IMG/VR virus record: IMGVR_UViG_2802429014_000001
Strand: one strand, 5' to 3'
DNA: 64,000 bases
Source of the DNA: a virus
Shown: piece by piece, positions 1 through 8,601 of the stretch
How the letters are laid out: each line of letters opens with the position of its first letter
Position numbering within the stretch: position 1 is the stretch's first letter
Notes under the pieces: generated by a model
The model's database searches: none
Seen by the model: the letters and a program-made list of their open reading frames with translations, nothing else
What the model was told of the DNA's origin: nothing
Position numbers and translations under genes: made by a program

Positions 1-842
1 CGCAACAGCCCGCCCATGGCACACAGATCCCGGACTACCAGACCAACCCCGGATACACCCAAGGCCCCGGTAAGCCGAACCCGGATTACCAAGCACCGCA
101 ACAGCAGTCGCCACAGCAGGCCCAACAGCAGGGGCAGCAGCCGCAACAACAACAACCGACTCAAGCCCCTACGCAGACGCAGGCGCCGACACAGCAGCCA
201 ACGGTGACGACGCAGCCGGGCCAGGAGACGGGCCAGAACAACTCCGAAGACGACCTCCACACTGATGACTTTGACGACACCAGTGAGGTTCCGGACGAGA
301 AGTACCGCATGGATAACGGCACCGACAAGAACATCTGCCAGCAGTCGCAGGCTGAGCTGAGTGCCGGGCAGCCAATATCGAATATCGACTGGTTCACCAT
401 GGTCGGCAACACGCTGAACGGCCCGCAGATGCGTGTTGAAAATGCCACCAAATGGCCCGAGATGGTAAGTAAGGCCGTCGATGAGTGGAAAGGCCTCGGA
501 GTTGACATCTCCTACTTCACGCCAGCTTGGTATCGAAAAGGCCCGTTCAATGCCGACGTGAAAGTCGTGGAGAGTCACGATCCCGATTTCGGGCCATACG
601 GACGCACAGACTGGCAGAACGGCATTATCTATATCAACACCTGGCTCTTCGAGAAAGAGAACGCCTCCGCCGAGCGGATACAGGAGACAATCACGCATGA
701 AATCGGGCACGCACTGGGCCTTATCCATGGGTGTGCAGGAACCATCATGCAGCGCGCACACGAACTGTCAGACCACACGATACGTCCCATCAGCCCGACA
801 GCCCTCGACAAGGCTATCGTCAAGCAGATACACCAGAAATGA
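1..842 (+). CDS. zinc metalloprotease (metzincin-like), 5'-partial, with Gln/Pro-rich N-terminal linker
   Basis: The frame of ORF 204..842 stays open back to position 3, so the gene enters from upstream. The N-terminal part is low-complexity (QQSPQQAQQQGQQPQQQQPTQAPTQ). The C-terminal part carries HEIGHALGLIHG, an HExxHxxGxxH zinc-binding motif, followed by IMQ as a possible Met-turn. Confidence 0.6.
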   Translation, partial: QQPAHGTQIPDYQTNPGYTQGPGKPNPDYQAPQQQSPQQAQQQGQQPQQQQPTQAPTQTQAPTQQPTVTTQPGQETGQNNSEDDLHTDDFDDTSEVPDEKYRMDNGTDKNICQQSQAELSAGQPISNIDWFTMVGNTLNGPQMRVENATKWPEMVSKAVDEWKGLGVDISYFTPAWYRKGPFNADVKVVESHDPDFGPYGRTDWQNGIIYINTWLFEKENASAERIQETITHEIGHALGLIHGCAGTIMQRAHELSDHTIRPISPTALDKAIVKQIHQK

Positions 843-859
843 AGGGCGACAGGAAGATC

Positions 860-1381
860 ATGATGAGAATGCGCGCATTCCTAGCGGTCAGTGCCCTAGT
901 CCTGGGCCTGACTGGATGTTCAGGAGGCAAATCCGAGACGTGCCAACTTGTTCAAGACCCAGCGTTTGATACTACCGATGTTGGGCTCCTGACTGAGAGG
1001 TCTCAGAGCGTTGTCGTGGCGTCTGTCGGCAACTCGACTGGCACGGTTGAGAGCCCTAGTGATCCACGGACATTGTTTCCAGCCACGGTGATCAAGGCGC
1101 TCAAAGGCGAACCTCCAAGTACTTTCACGATTGCGCAAGAGGGCACCGAAAAATGCGAGGTTCTAGGCACCGGAAGCAAGCCGATTACACCCGGCGACTA
1201 CATACTGTTTGTGGGCAACAAAAGCGTCAAGGCTGACTGGTACCACCTGTGGAACAGCATTCATCTGAGTTCCGCCGACCTCAAATCGGTTGAGTCTGGG
1301 GCCTTCGCGCCAGGGCAGGAGAAGCTACAGAAGGCTATGAAGATCATTTCGGACAGATCGAAGAATCAGCCTCCTAGGTAG
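860..1381 (+). CDS. lipoprotein
   Basis: ATG at 860 preceded by AGGAAG. The N-terminus MMRMRAFLAVSALVLGLTGCSGG is a signal peptide with lipobox LTGC. Confidence 0.55.
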   Translation: MMRMRAFLAVSALVLGLTGCSGGKSETCQLVQDPAFDTTDVGLLTERSQSVVVASVGNSTGTVESPSDPRTLFPATVIKALKGEPPSTFTIAQEGTEKCEVLGTGSKPITPGDYILFVGNKSVKADWYHLWNSIHLSSADLKSVESGAFAPGQEKLQKAMKIISDRSKNQPPR

Positions 1382-1418
1382 CGGTACGCCCCGGGGCCGA
1401 CAACACGCTGTGTCCGGC

Positions 1419-1784
1419 CTACAGCCGCCCCTCCAGCTGTGCAGGAAGCGGCGGCACGTTGCCGTGGGCGCCACCCTGAATCCACCGCCGAAGCTCGCGC
1501 AGGTGAGCTAGGGCAATGCCTAGAACCTTCTGCTCTTCGGTCAGCCGGTCCTCAAGCGCTTGGACGCGGCCACCAAGTGCGCCGATGGCGGCGTTGTGGG
1601 CTTCGCGCTGCTCGGCCATGGCGGCGGCGAAGGTCTCGCGCTGCTCAGTGGCGAAGGCTTTCCAGTCGGCAGAGCTGTTGGCGTCCTTGGCGTTCCAGCG
1701 GTCTACTAGCGACTTGATGGCGGTGCCGATGACGCCGCCTGCAAGCAGGCTGACGGCGAGTTCAAGCCACTGGTCGAGGGTCAC
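1419..1784 (-). CDS. membrane protein at the end of the lysis cassette (holin-like or lysis accessory)
   Basis: N-terminal TM segment (LELAVSLLAGGVIGTAI) followed by a coiled-coil-like region. Lies directly downstream of the holin and overlaps it at start/stop. Confidence 0.4.
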   Translation of the reverse strand: MTLDQWLELAVSLLAGGVIGTAIKSLVDRWNAKDANSSADWKAFATEQRETFAAAMAEQREAHNAAIGALGGRVQALEDRLTEEQKVLGIALAHLRELRRWIQGGAHGNVPPLPAQLEGRL

Positions 1785-2011
1785 CGGTTGGTCTCGTCAC
1801 TCTTGGGCGAGCCCCCGCGCGGAATGTGGGCCGTTGCGATGGCCTGACCGCCGACGACGAACACGGTCGAAATGAGGTTCAGCCACAGCGGGGCTGCTTG
1901 TTCGTCTACGACGTTGTAGTAGAGCATGAGCGAAAACAGCGCCACGGCAACGGCATACAGCCAGAGCCTTACTTTCGGCGTGAGCAGTTGTCTCAACTTC
2001 TCAATCATCAT
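1781..2011 (-). CDS. holin-like two-TM protein
   Basis: 76 aa with two hydrophobic helices (LWLYAVAVALFSLMLYY and LISTVFVVGGQAIATA). Directly downstream of lysin B. Confidence 0.45.
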   Translation of the reverse strand: MMIEKLRQLLTPKVRLWLYAVAVALFSLMLYYNVVDEQAAPLWLNLISTVFVVGGQAIATAHIPRGGSPKSDETNR

Positions 2012-2018
2012 CCAAACC

Positions 2019-3023
2019 TCAATCTTGCAGTAGATATTCGACGGCGGGTGCGGTGTCGTAGTTCAGGTGCGGCCCTGTGCGTTTGACGAAGAACAGACCG
2101 GCGTCCAGTACGGCTTTGGTGAGGGCGAATAGCTCGATGGCTGGACGCTGCACAATCTCAACGATTTGCGCCAGGATGGAATCGGGGCCGGTGAAGACCC
2201 GTTGACCGATGACCACCTTGTAGATGGACGTTTTCATCTCGCCGGAGTCGCCTTCGACATCGGTGTACATGTCGCCTTGGTGGGCGTAGTTACGCCACCA
2301 ATGCGGGGTATCGACCATCAGCTGATCGGCGATGCCGTGTGACTCGGGTCCGGGTGCCTGGCCGTTGGCGTCGCCATAGGCTTTACCCTTCTCACGCATG
2401 GGGTTACCCCATGCCACAGCCTTTTTGATCTTGCCGTATGCCCAATGCAGGCGTCCGGTGAGCGGCCTAATATCGAGCTCCCATACCAGCGCGATGATGA
2501 TGGCGCCTTGTGAGAAGCCGCCGACCGCGCCGCCGAAGCGCTCCACCTGTAGGCGGTGGATGGTGAGCTGGTTGACCAGCTCTTCGCGGCCTTCATCGAT
2601 GGATGTGCCCATGGGGAACGGGGCTGCACGGTAGCCGATGGGCTGCCATCGGTACTTGCGCTCCACGGCCCGTGCGGTGTCGGCGTCGGGGCCAACCCAC
2701 CAGGGCACGCCGGTTCCGCAGACCGTGAACAGTACGGGCCGCTTATCTTCGGGCACAGGGCGTTTCAGGTAGCCCATGGCGTATTTGGTTTCCAGGTTGA
2801 TCACGCCGGGTGTGAAACTTCCTGGGGCGAGCTTGCCTTCGCTGACGTAGATCCCTTGTAGCTCGGTGATGATCGCCGTCAGCTCGGGGGTGAACCTGGT
2901 GGTGCCGGGCGTGAGCAGGTCATCGAATCGGTCCCACTTGACCCGGATGAAGTCGATGATCTTGCCGACCTCGGGGGAGTCGTCGCCCTCGCCGAGGCCG
3001 ACGTATTGGCCGCTCAGGTACAT
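2019..3023 (-). CDS. lysB: lysin B (mycolylarabinogalactan esterase-type lipolytic enzyme)
   Basis: GFSQGA matches the GxSxG serine-esterase motif. Start placed at MYLSGQYVGLG so it does not overlap lysin A. Position directly after lysin A. Confidence 0.7.
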   Translation of the reverse strand: MYLSGQYVGLGEGDDSPEVGKIIDFIRVKWDRFDDLLTPGTTRFTPELTAIITELQGIYVSEGKLAPGSFTPGVINLETKYAMGYLKRPVPEDKRPVLFTVCGTGVPWWVGPDADTARAVERKYRWQPIGYRAAPFPMGTSIDEGREELVNQLTIHRLQVERFGGAVGGFSQGAIIIALVWELDIRPLTGRLHWAYGKIKKAVAWGNPMREKGKAYGDANGQAPGPESHGIADQLMVDTPHWWRNYAHQGDMYTDVEGDSGEMKTSIYKVVIGQRVFTGPDSILAQIVEIVQRPAIELFALTKAVLDAGLFFVKRTGPHLNYDTAPAVEYLLQD

Positions 3024-3025
3024 GG

Positions 3026-4327
3026 TTACGCCGCCTTCTTCTTGATGAGTTCGGCGATGGCATCGACCAGGGTCTTGCCGCCGAGCTGTGGCCAGCCGTT
3101 GCCGCCAGGGCCGCGCAGTTGGTCCCAAATCTCTTCGAGAAGCTGGCGGTCAGTGCGGGGGTTAGCGGGGCCGGGCAGAACCGGGGGAGGCACCACCACG
3201 GGCGGTGTGGGCGGGGTCGCCGGGTCGAATTCACCGCGCATGTCCTTGGCGATTTCGCCTCGGAACCAGTTCATATCGATGTTTCCGGGGTCCCACTTGC
3301 CTTGTGCGGCACCGGCATATTCCTTGTGGCCGATGTTGTGGCTGACATCGACGCCGAGCTTTGTCGTTAGCGCTGCGGCCACATCGCGCATGGCAATGAT
3401 CTGCGCGTCGGGCCAGCGCTGGCCGGGATCGTAGGAGCCGTCCGACTTGATGTCGGGCCAGGCGCATTCGATGCCGATCATGTGCCAGTTGGCGTTGTTG
3501 GTCGGCAGCCACGGGTAGGAGCCTTGGCCCGCATGCCAGCAGACGCCGACCGCGACGATCGTGACCGTGCCGTCCGGCGCGATGTGAATATTGGACAGCG
3601 GCCCCGGCAGGTCGGGGCGCCCGTTGCGAATCGACTGTGCCGACTCGCGGGAATTGCCGGTGTGGTGCCACATGAGGCCACGAATGTCTTTGAAGTCGCC
3701 GTGTCCGGCGTTCTGCCAGCCGGGTAGCGTCTTGAGCCGATCGCCGAGCGCCGGGCGTAGAACGTCCTCAAGCCAGATCGGGTCGCCTGTCCATGCCATG
3801 CTGTTGCCTCCGGGTGGTGTTGGTTCGTCGTCGGATAGGGCGCGGCGCAGCACTTCCCAGGCCTCGGCCCACTTCTGCGCGTAGCGGTCGGGATAGGAGC
3901 TGCGCTGGACGCGCTGTGCCATTTGGCCGGCAAGGGCGGGGTTGTCTGCGGCTCTTCGGTAGTCGTCGGGGAGCCGGTCAAAGAACATGCCCACTGAGCG
4001 GGCCAGGGTCATGCGGTCGTAGGCGGTGCCCCACCACGGCTCGCCGTTGGGGCCCGGCTGCTGCTGTAGGTACCCCGATGAGCGGCTGTCGTCCGAGGTG
4101 GAGTCGTGCGGATAGTTCATAGTCTCTTCGTCACGTGACGGGTTGGCCGGGCACCACCACTGACGTTCGCCGTTGTCGTCGTTGGCGCCGACCTCGGTGG
4201 AGATGGTCATGAGCGCGATGGCGCTGGCCAGCTCATCGAGACCCTTGTCGAGTGCGACGGCGTGCACTTCGCGTGCCACCTGCTCGCGGGTGCGCAGCGG
4301 CTTGGCGTCGAACTCTACGAAGCTCAC
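3026..4327 (-). CDS. lysA: lysin A, N-acetylmuramoyl-L-alanine amidase (amidase_2/PGRP-like)
   Basis: MWHHTGN, IHIAPDGTVTIV, CWHAG and NWHMIGIECAW match amidase_2 hallmarks. Pro-rich C-terminal linker. Confidence 0.7.
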   Translation of the reverse strand: MSFVEFDAKPLRTREQVAREVHAVALDKGLDELASAIALMTISTEVGANDDNGERQWWCPANPSRDEETMNYPHDSTSDDSRSSGYLQQQPGPNGEPWWGTAYDRMTLARSVGMFFDRLPDDYRRAADNPALAGQMAQRVQRSSYPDRYAQKWAEAWEVLRRALSDDEPTPPGGNSMAWTGDPIWLEDVLRPALGDRLKTLPGWQNAGHGDFKDIRGLMWHHTGNSRESAQSIRNGRPDLPGPLSNIHIAPDGTVTIVAVGVCWHAGQGSYPWLPTNNANWHMIGIECAWPDIKSDGSYDPGQRWPDAQIIAMRDVAAALTTKLGVDVSHNIGHKEYAGAAQGKWDPGNIDMNWFRGEIAKDMRGEFDPATPPTPPVVVPPPVLPGPANPRTDRQLLEEIWDQLRGPGGNGWPQLGGKTLVDAIAELIKKKAA

Positions 4328-4569
4328 AGGCTCAGTCCCAGCCTGCGGGCCATCTCGGCAGCCCTGGCGACCAACGGGTCGATGATCCGGTCATCGACAT
4401 CGCCAGGTATCGCGTCGGTGATCTTGTCGACCCCAGAAGTAGCAGTGTTGCCGACCGTTTCGGCGATGGCGATGACTACCGCCTTGATGATCACCGGGAT
4501 CTGTTGGCGAATCTCGTCAACGACTGCGTGGCGAATTGGGTCGGTGATGTGCGTCTTGATGAAACCCAT
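4324..4569 (-). CDS. small phage protein
   Basis: ORF 4324..4602 with start placed at MGFIKTH. Translationally coupled to its neighbours. Confidence 0.3.
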   Translation of the reverse strand: MGFIKTHITDPIRHAVVDEIRQQIPVIIKAVVIAIAETVGNTATSGVDKITDAIPGDVDDRIIDPLVARAAEMARRLGLSL

Positions 4570-4586
4570 AGTTGTTGCCTCTCTTG

Positions 4587-5249
4587 TTAGTACGAGCGCC
4601 ACCGAAGCCAGATACGCGCTGGACCGCCTGTGCCGCCTTTGGTGAAGCTGCCGAAGATGCCGCCGTTGCCTCCGGCGCCGCCTGCGCCGATCCCGCCCGT
4701 ACCGGCGTTGCCGGTGCCTCCGCTGCCTGCGGCGAATGTCTCTCCGAAAGCCGATAGCGTTTGGGGGCTGATGGTTTTGCCGTTCTGGCCGCTGCCGCCG
4801 GAGTTGGCGCCTTCGCCGCCCAGGCCTCCTGGGGCGGATGCGATGAGCCCGCCGGGTCCGTTGATTGATGTTGTGCCGCCGGAGCTTCCGGGTGCGCCTT
4901 TGCCGCCGCCCTCGGTTTGACCGCCGATACCTCCGGCGCCCAAGGTCAGGGCTAGCGAGCTACTGGGGGCGATGAATGTGCCGGTGAGCCATGTGCCGGT
5001 GTAGCCGCCTATTCCAGATCGGCTGAGACCGCCTTCACCGGCACCACCGCCGCCGCCTGCGGGCAGGATCACGTAGTCGGCCCAGTAGGCCCACGTGGGC
5101 GGTAGGACGGACTGTGATTCGGCGAACAGGTCGGTGCGGGGGTCGCTGGCCCACACCTGCACATCGCCGAGACTGATGCCGTTGATGTACTTGTTCACGG
5201 GCCCGTCGACGCCGCCGATGAGCAACGTATCGCCAATGCTGATGGGCAT
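4587..5249 (-). CDS. glycine-rich minor tail protein
   Basis: Long Gly-rich segments (GGGGGAGEGG, GAGGIGGQTEGGGKGAPGSSGG). Sits in the tail gene block. Confidence 0.5.
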   Translation of the reverse strand: MPISIGDTLLIGGVDGPVNKYINGISLGDVQVWASDPRTDLFAESQSVLPPTWAYWADYVILPAGGGGGAGEGGLSRSGIGGYTGTWLTGTFIAPSSSLALTLGAGGIGGQTEGGGKGAPGSSGGTTSINGPGGLIASAPGGLGGEGANSGGSGQNGKTISPQTLSAFGETFAAGSGGTGNAGTGGIGAGGAGGNGGIFGSFTKGGTGGPARIWLRWRSY

Positions 5250-5588
5250 TTACGTCGCCCAGATGTAGATGGTGTTGCCGTCCCGTGGGGTCGGCAGCAT
5301 GTCATATTGAGCCCTGGTGCCCGCCCACACCGTCAGGGAGGTGGCGGTGCCGTTGACGGACCCGACGACTCTGCCGGTGCCGAGCTTGGACACGTCGATG
5401 GCTGCGTTCGCCGCGACCTTGGCATTGGTCACTGAGCTGTCCGTGGGTACGCGAGTATCGCCCAGGCGAGCATCGTTTCCGGCGCAGGCAGTGGCGGCGG
5501 TTGTGCCGGTGGTCGGCGGGAAGGTGGACGGCTTGCCGATGATTGCCGACCAGGCGACTGCCAGTGCCGACTTGGTTACCCATCCCAT
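5250..5588 (-). CDS. minor tail protein
   Basis: Compact ORF in the tail block with high third-position GC. Confidence 0.4.
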   Translation of the reverse strand: MGWVTKSALAVAWSAIIGKPSTFPPTTGTTAATACAGNDARLGDTRVPTDSSVTNAKVAANAAIDVSKLGTGRVVGSVNGTATSLTVWAGTRAQYDMLPTPRDGNTIYIWAT

Positions 5589-5591
5589 CGG

Positions 5592-6227
5592 CTACTGCAA
5601 TTCGTAGATGACGCCGGATGTCAGGTCGAGATAGGAGTCCCCGACCTGCTGTCCGGTGATGGTTCCCGGCGCACCGTTTCCGGTGGTGATGCGTGCCCCG
5701 CGTGGGCCGGTCGCCCCGGTGGCGCCTGTCTGGCCTGCGGGCCCCTGATTACCGGCTGGACCGGCAGGCCCTTGCGCCCCGGTGGCACCGGTATCGCCCT
5801 TGACACCTTGAATGCCCTGGGGGCCGGTGTCGCCCGTATCACCCTTGTCGCCCTTGGGACCTTGAGTGCCCTGTGCGCCGGTAGGTCCCTGCGGGCCGCG
5901 AATCGATACACCCGCACCATTGGCCGGGAAGGCTGTGCCGTTCCAGATGTACAGCCTGCCGTCTGCTTCAACGAAGTAGCCTTGGCCGTCGTTGTCCGGG
6001 GTGAGGTCGGTGGGCAGAGCCGCGTAGTTGGCGACGGTGCCCGCAATGCTGATACCGCGTCCGTCTTCACCCTGGGGGCCTTGCGAGCCGGTGGGGCCCT
6101 GAGCCCCTTGCGGTCCAGCCGGTCCCTGAACGCCGGTGTCGCCCTTGGGGCCTTGAATACCCTGCGGCCCTTCGGGTCCAACGTCACCCTTAGGACCCTT
6201 GATGCTTCCGCGCTGCTCCCATGCCAT
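5592..6227 (-). CDS. collagen-like (G-X-Y repeat) minor tail/fibre protein
   Basis: GPKGDVGPEGPQGIQGPKGDTGVQGPAGPQGAQGPTGSQGPQGEDG plus a second G-X-Y block. Start placed at MAWEQRG with GGGAGA upstream. Ends in the motif DLTSGVIYELQ. Confidence 0.55.
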   Translation of the reverse strand: MAWEQRGSIKGPKGDVGPEGPQGIQGPKGDTGVQGPAGPQGAQGPTGSQGPQGEDGRGISIAGTVANYAALPTDLTPDNDGQGYFVEADGRLYIWNGTAFPANGAGVSIRGPQGPTGAQGTQGPKGDKGDTGDTGPQGIQGVKGDTGATGAQGPAGPAGNQGPAGQTGATGATGPRGARITTGNGAPGTITGQQVGDSYLDLTSGVIYELQ

Positions 6228-6243
6228 AGTGTTGTCTCCCTTG

Positions 6244-6540
6244 CTATTTGAGTTCGTAGGTGATGCCGGTGCTGACATCGATGTAGAGGTCGCCGGGTTT
6301 GGCGCCAACGATCACGTCCGGTTCGCCTGTGCCGTACCAGGTGGCTACGCCGGAGAAGGCTGGGCCGGGTTCGCCCTGTGCGCCTTGCTCTCCGCGTGGT
6401 CCTGGTGGGCCGGGCACTGGTGTGGCTATCTGCTCGGATGGCTTTGGCGCGGCCAGTGTGAGCTTGGGGCGGCTTGGTGCGGTCAGTTCGATGACCGGCA
6501 CCGGCTCGGTATCGATGACTAGGCGGGGAAGCTCAGTCAT
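6244..6540 (-). CDS. collagen-like minor tail/fibre protein (paralog of 5592..6227)
   Basis: GPPGPRGEQGAQGEPGP repeats. C-terminal YIDVSTGITYELK parallels the C-terminus of the neighbouring gene. Confidence 0.5.
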   Translation of the reverse strand: MTELPRLVIDTEPVPVIELTAPSRPKLTLAAPKPSEQIATPVPGPPGPRGEQGAQGEPGPAFSGVATWYGTGEPDVIVGAKPGDLYIDVSTGITYELK

Positions 6541-6901
6541 CGCGCGCCACCCGGCATTTGGCCCATGGCAGGTTGTCGCCGTTGGGGTAGCTCGACGGGT
6601 AGGTGACGGTCAGCCGCGCCTCGGCTTTGGCTGGAATCTTGTCGGCGATGGGCGACTCAATGCGGATGAATACACCGTCATCGGTGATGGTCGGTTGTAT
6701 TGCTGTGCCGTCTATTTCGGTACCGGCACGCACCGCCGCCATGTCCGGGTAGAACCGCAGATCGATGGTGGTGCCTGCCGGAAAGATGTCATGAATGTTC
6801 GGCGCGGTGCCGTCATCGTCAGCCTTGAGGCGCAGCAGCAAGATGAAGTCCTGCCGGACCGATAGTGTGATATTCAGGTCGGGGTCGTAGCCGCCAATCA
6901 T
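6533..6901 (-). CDS. phage structural hypothetical protein
   Basis: ORF in the tail block that overlaps its neighbours at start/stop. Confidence 0.35.
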   Translation of the reverse strand: MIGGYDPDLNITLSVRQDFILLLRLKADDDGTAPNIHDIFPAGTTIDLRFYPDMAAVRAGTEIDGTAIQPTITDDGVFIRIESPIADKIPAKAEARLTVTYPSSYPNGDNLPWAKCRVARDD

Positions 6902-7188
6902 TGATCTGCCTCTATCTGCGCTATCGCTTCGTCGTGTGTTGTGCCGGGCGCAAACTCGTGCAGCCGTTCAAGACTGGTGGCGCAGGCGTTTTCATCGACC
7001 GCGATAGCCACCGTGGGGCGTGGGGTGTAGGTGTATTCGGCGCCGCGCGTTATCTGGTCGACATGGCGGTCGTGGCGCTCATCGGGTGTGTCGACGTCAA
7101 TGACCACATGCGTGCCATCTGCCAGCCGAAAATGCTTGCAGCCAGCGGGCCAGGCGCTCATATCGGTTTGTAGCTCAACAGCATTCAC
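6898..7188 (-). CDS. hypothetical protein
   Basis: ORF in the tail block; no motif recognised. Confidence 0.3.
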   Translation of the reverse strand: MNAVELQTDMSAWPAGCKHFRLADGTHVVIDVDTPDERHDRHVDQITRGAEYTYTPRPTVAIAVDENACATSLERLHEFAPGTTHDEAIAQIEADQ

Positions 7189-7203
7189 GTTGCGTGCCTT
7201 CTT

Positions 7204-8601
7204 CTATTTCCAGATGATGATGGCTGCCCCATTGGGCGCTGGACCGGGTTGGCCGGGGGTTTGGGTGGCGAAGGTGCCGCCGCCGACTGCTGAGCCGCCG
7301 CCCCCAGACCCGCCACCGGGGTAGCCGCCCGCGCCGCCATCACCGCCTCGGCGCGTACCGGTCGAGGACGTGGACCCGGCGCCACCCCCGCCGCCGCCAC
7401 CTCCGCCACCGGCTTTCGTGGGTGCGGTCAGCGAGGCTGCGGCGCCTGCGGTTCCGGCGTCGGCTGTTCCGGTCGAGTTGCGGCCCGCCCCGCCGACACC
7501 GCCTGCCGCCAGCGGGGTAGCGCCGCCGTCTTGACCGGCACTGCCCCCGGACCCGGTGGCTTGCCCGCCATTGCCCCCGCGCCCCGGCGTGGAGGCCGCT
7601 GGGGTGAAACCGGCGAGTGTGGAGATGCCGGAGCCGTTCGGGGATGAGGACACCAGATTGCCGATAGAGGTGATGCCGCCGTCAGTGCCGTTGGTGCTCG
7701 CCCCTGGCCCGACCGTGACGGACAAGGTGGCGGGGATGTCAGCGGGGGCGATCTGCTGGCCGATGTAGCCACCCGAGGACCCACCTAGACCGCCCGGCCG
7801 TACGTCGGCGTTGGTCCCCGAGGTGGTGCCGGGCATACCTTTTCCGCCGCCGCCGATCACGATCAACCAGCACTCGCGCAGATTGGTTGGTTTGGTCCAT
7901 GTGCCGTTGGATGTGAAGGTGTCGACGGTGTAGTCGCCGATGGTCGCCTGTTTGATGGCGGCGATTGTTTGTTGCACCTCTGCGGCGGTCCCGGTGGCGG
8001 CAGTGCCGCCGAACCAGGTGTCGAACATGTTCTTGAAGCCGTCGACAACACTGCCCAGTGCGTCATTGGCGTTGGTGTTCGCGGCCTGCGCAGTGGTGTT
8101 GGCTGCCGCTGCGGTGTTGCGTACTCCGGTGATGGCGTTGAACAGGTTGGTGATGAAGTTGTCGTTACTGCCGGGGTTGGTGCCGCCCTGGCTGCCGTGC
8201 AGGATGGCGTCGAAGGCGTTGCGTATCCACGTACCGGCATCGTTGGGGTCTGAATCTGGTCTACCGGTGATGATTTCGAAGAAGTCACCCAGAACTGGGA
8301 TGTCCTCTACCCTGTCTTGCAGACTGGTGATGGCCGACTGAATGTTGGCGATGGCGCCCTGCACCGTGGACACCGCGCCCTGTAGGCCCTCCAGGATGTT
8401 CCACTTGCCGGTCAGAATTCCCGCCAGCGCGGCCAGGTCGATGCCGAACAGACGCTTGATGCCCTCGACAATCATTTCGATGAAGCGGTCAACGCTGTCG
8501 CCTGCTCCCTTGGTGAAGGCCATCGGATTGTCGAACGCCAGCTTGGTGTTTGGATTGTGGGTCAGCGGTGGCCCGACTTGGCGCCGGTCGAAGACGGCCA
8601 T
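7204..8601 (-). CDS. glycine-rich minor tail protein
   Basis: Start placed at MAVFDRRQ so it abuts the upstream gene end at 8601. Contains GGGGGGGGGGAGS and GGGSGGGGSAVGGG stretches. Confidence 0.5.
   Translation of the reverse strand: MAVFDRRQVGPPLTHNPNTKLAFDNPMAFTKGAGDSVDRFIEMIVEGIKRLFGIDLAALAGILTGKWNILEGLQGAVSTVQGAIANIQSAITSLQDRVEDIPVLGDFFEIITGRPDSDPNDAGTWIRNAFDAILHGSQGGTNPGSNDNFITNLFNAITGVRNTAAAANTTAQAANTNANDALGSVVDGFKNMFDTWFGGTAATGTAAEVQQTIAAIKQATIGDYTVDTFTSNGTWTKPTNLRECWLIVIGGGGKGMPGTTSGTNADVRPGGLGGSSGGYIGQQIAPADIPATLSVTVGPGASTNGTDGGITSIGNLVSSSPNGSGISTLAGFTPAASTPGRGGNGGQATGSGGSAGQDGGATPLAAGGVGGAGRNSTGTADAGTAGAAASLTAPTKAGGGGGGGGGGAGSTSSTGTRRGGDGGAGGYPGGGSGGGGSAVGGGTFATQTPGQPGPAPNGAAIIIWK

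Noticed and set aside
16-207. 63-aa ORF over the Gln-rich region
   Set aside because: The metalloprotease frame is open through this whole region from position 3, and its translation (QQSPQQAQQQ...) continues smoothly into the protease. The 16..207 frame is an alternative reading of the same repeats.
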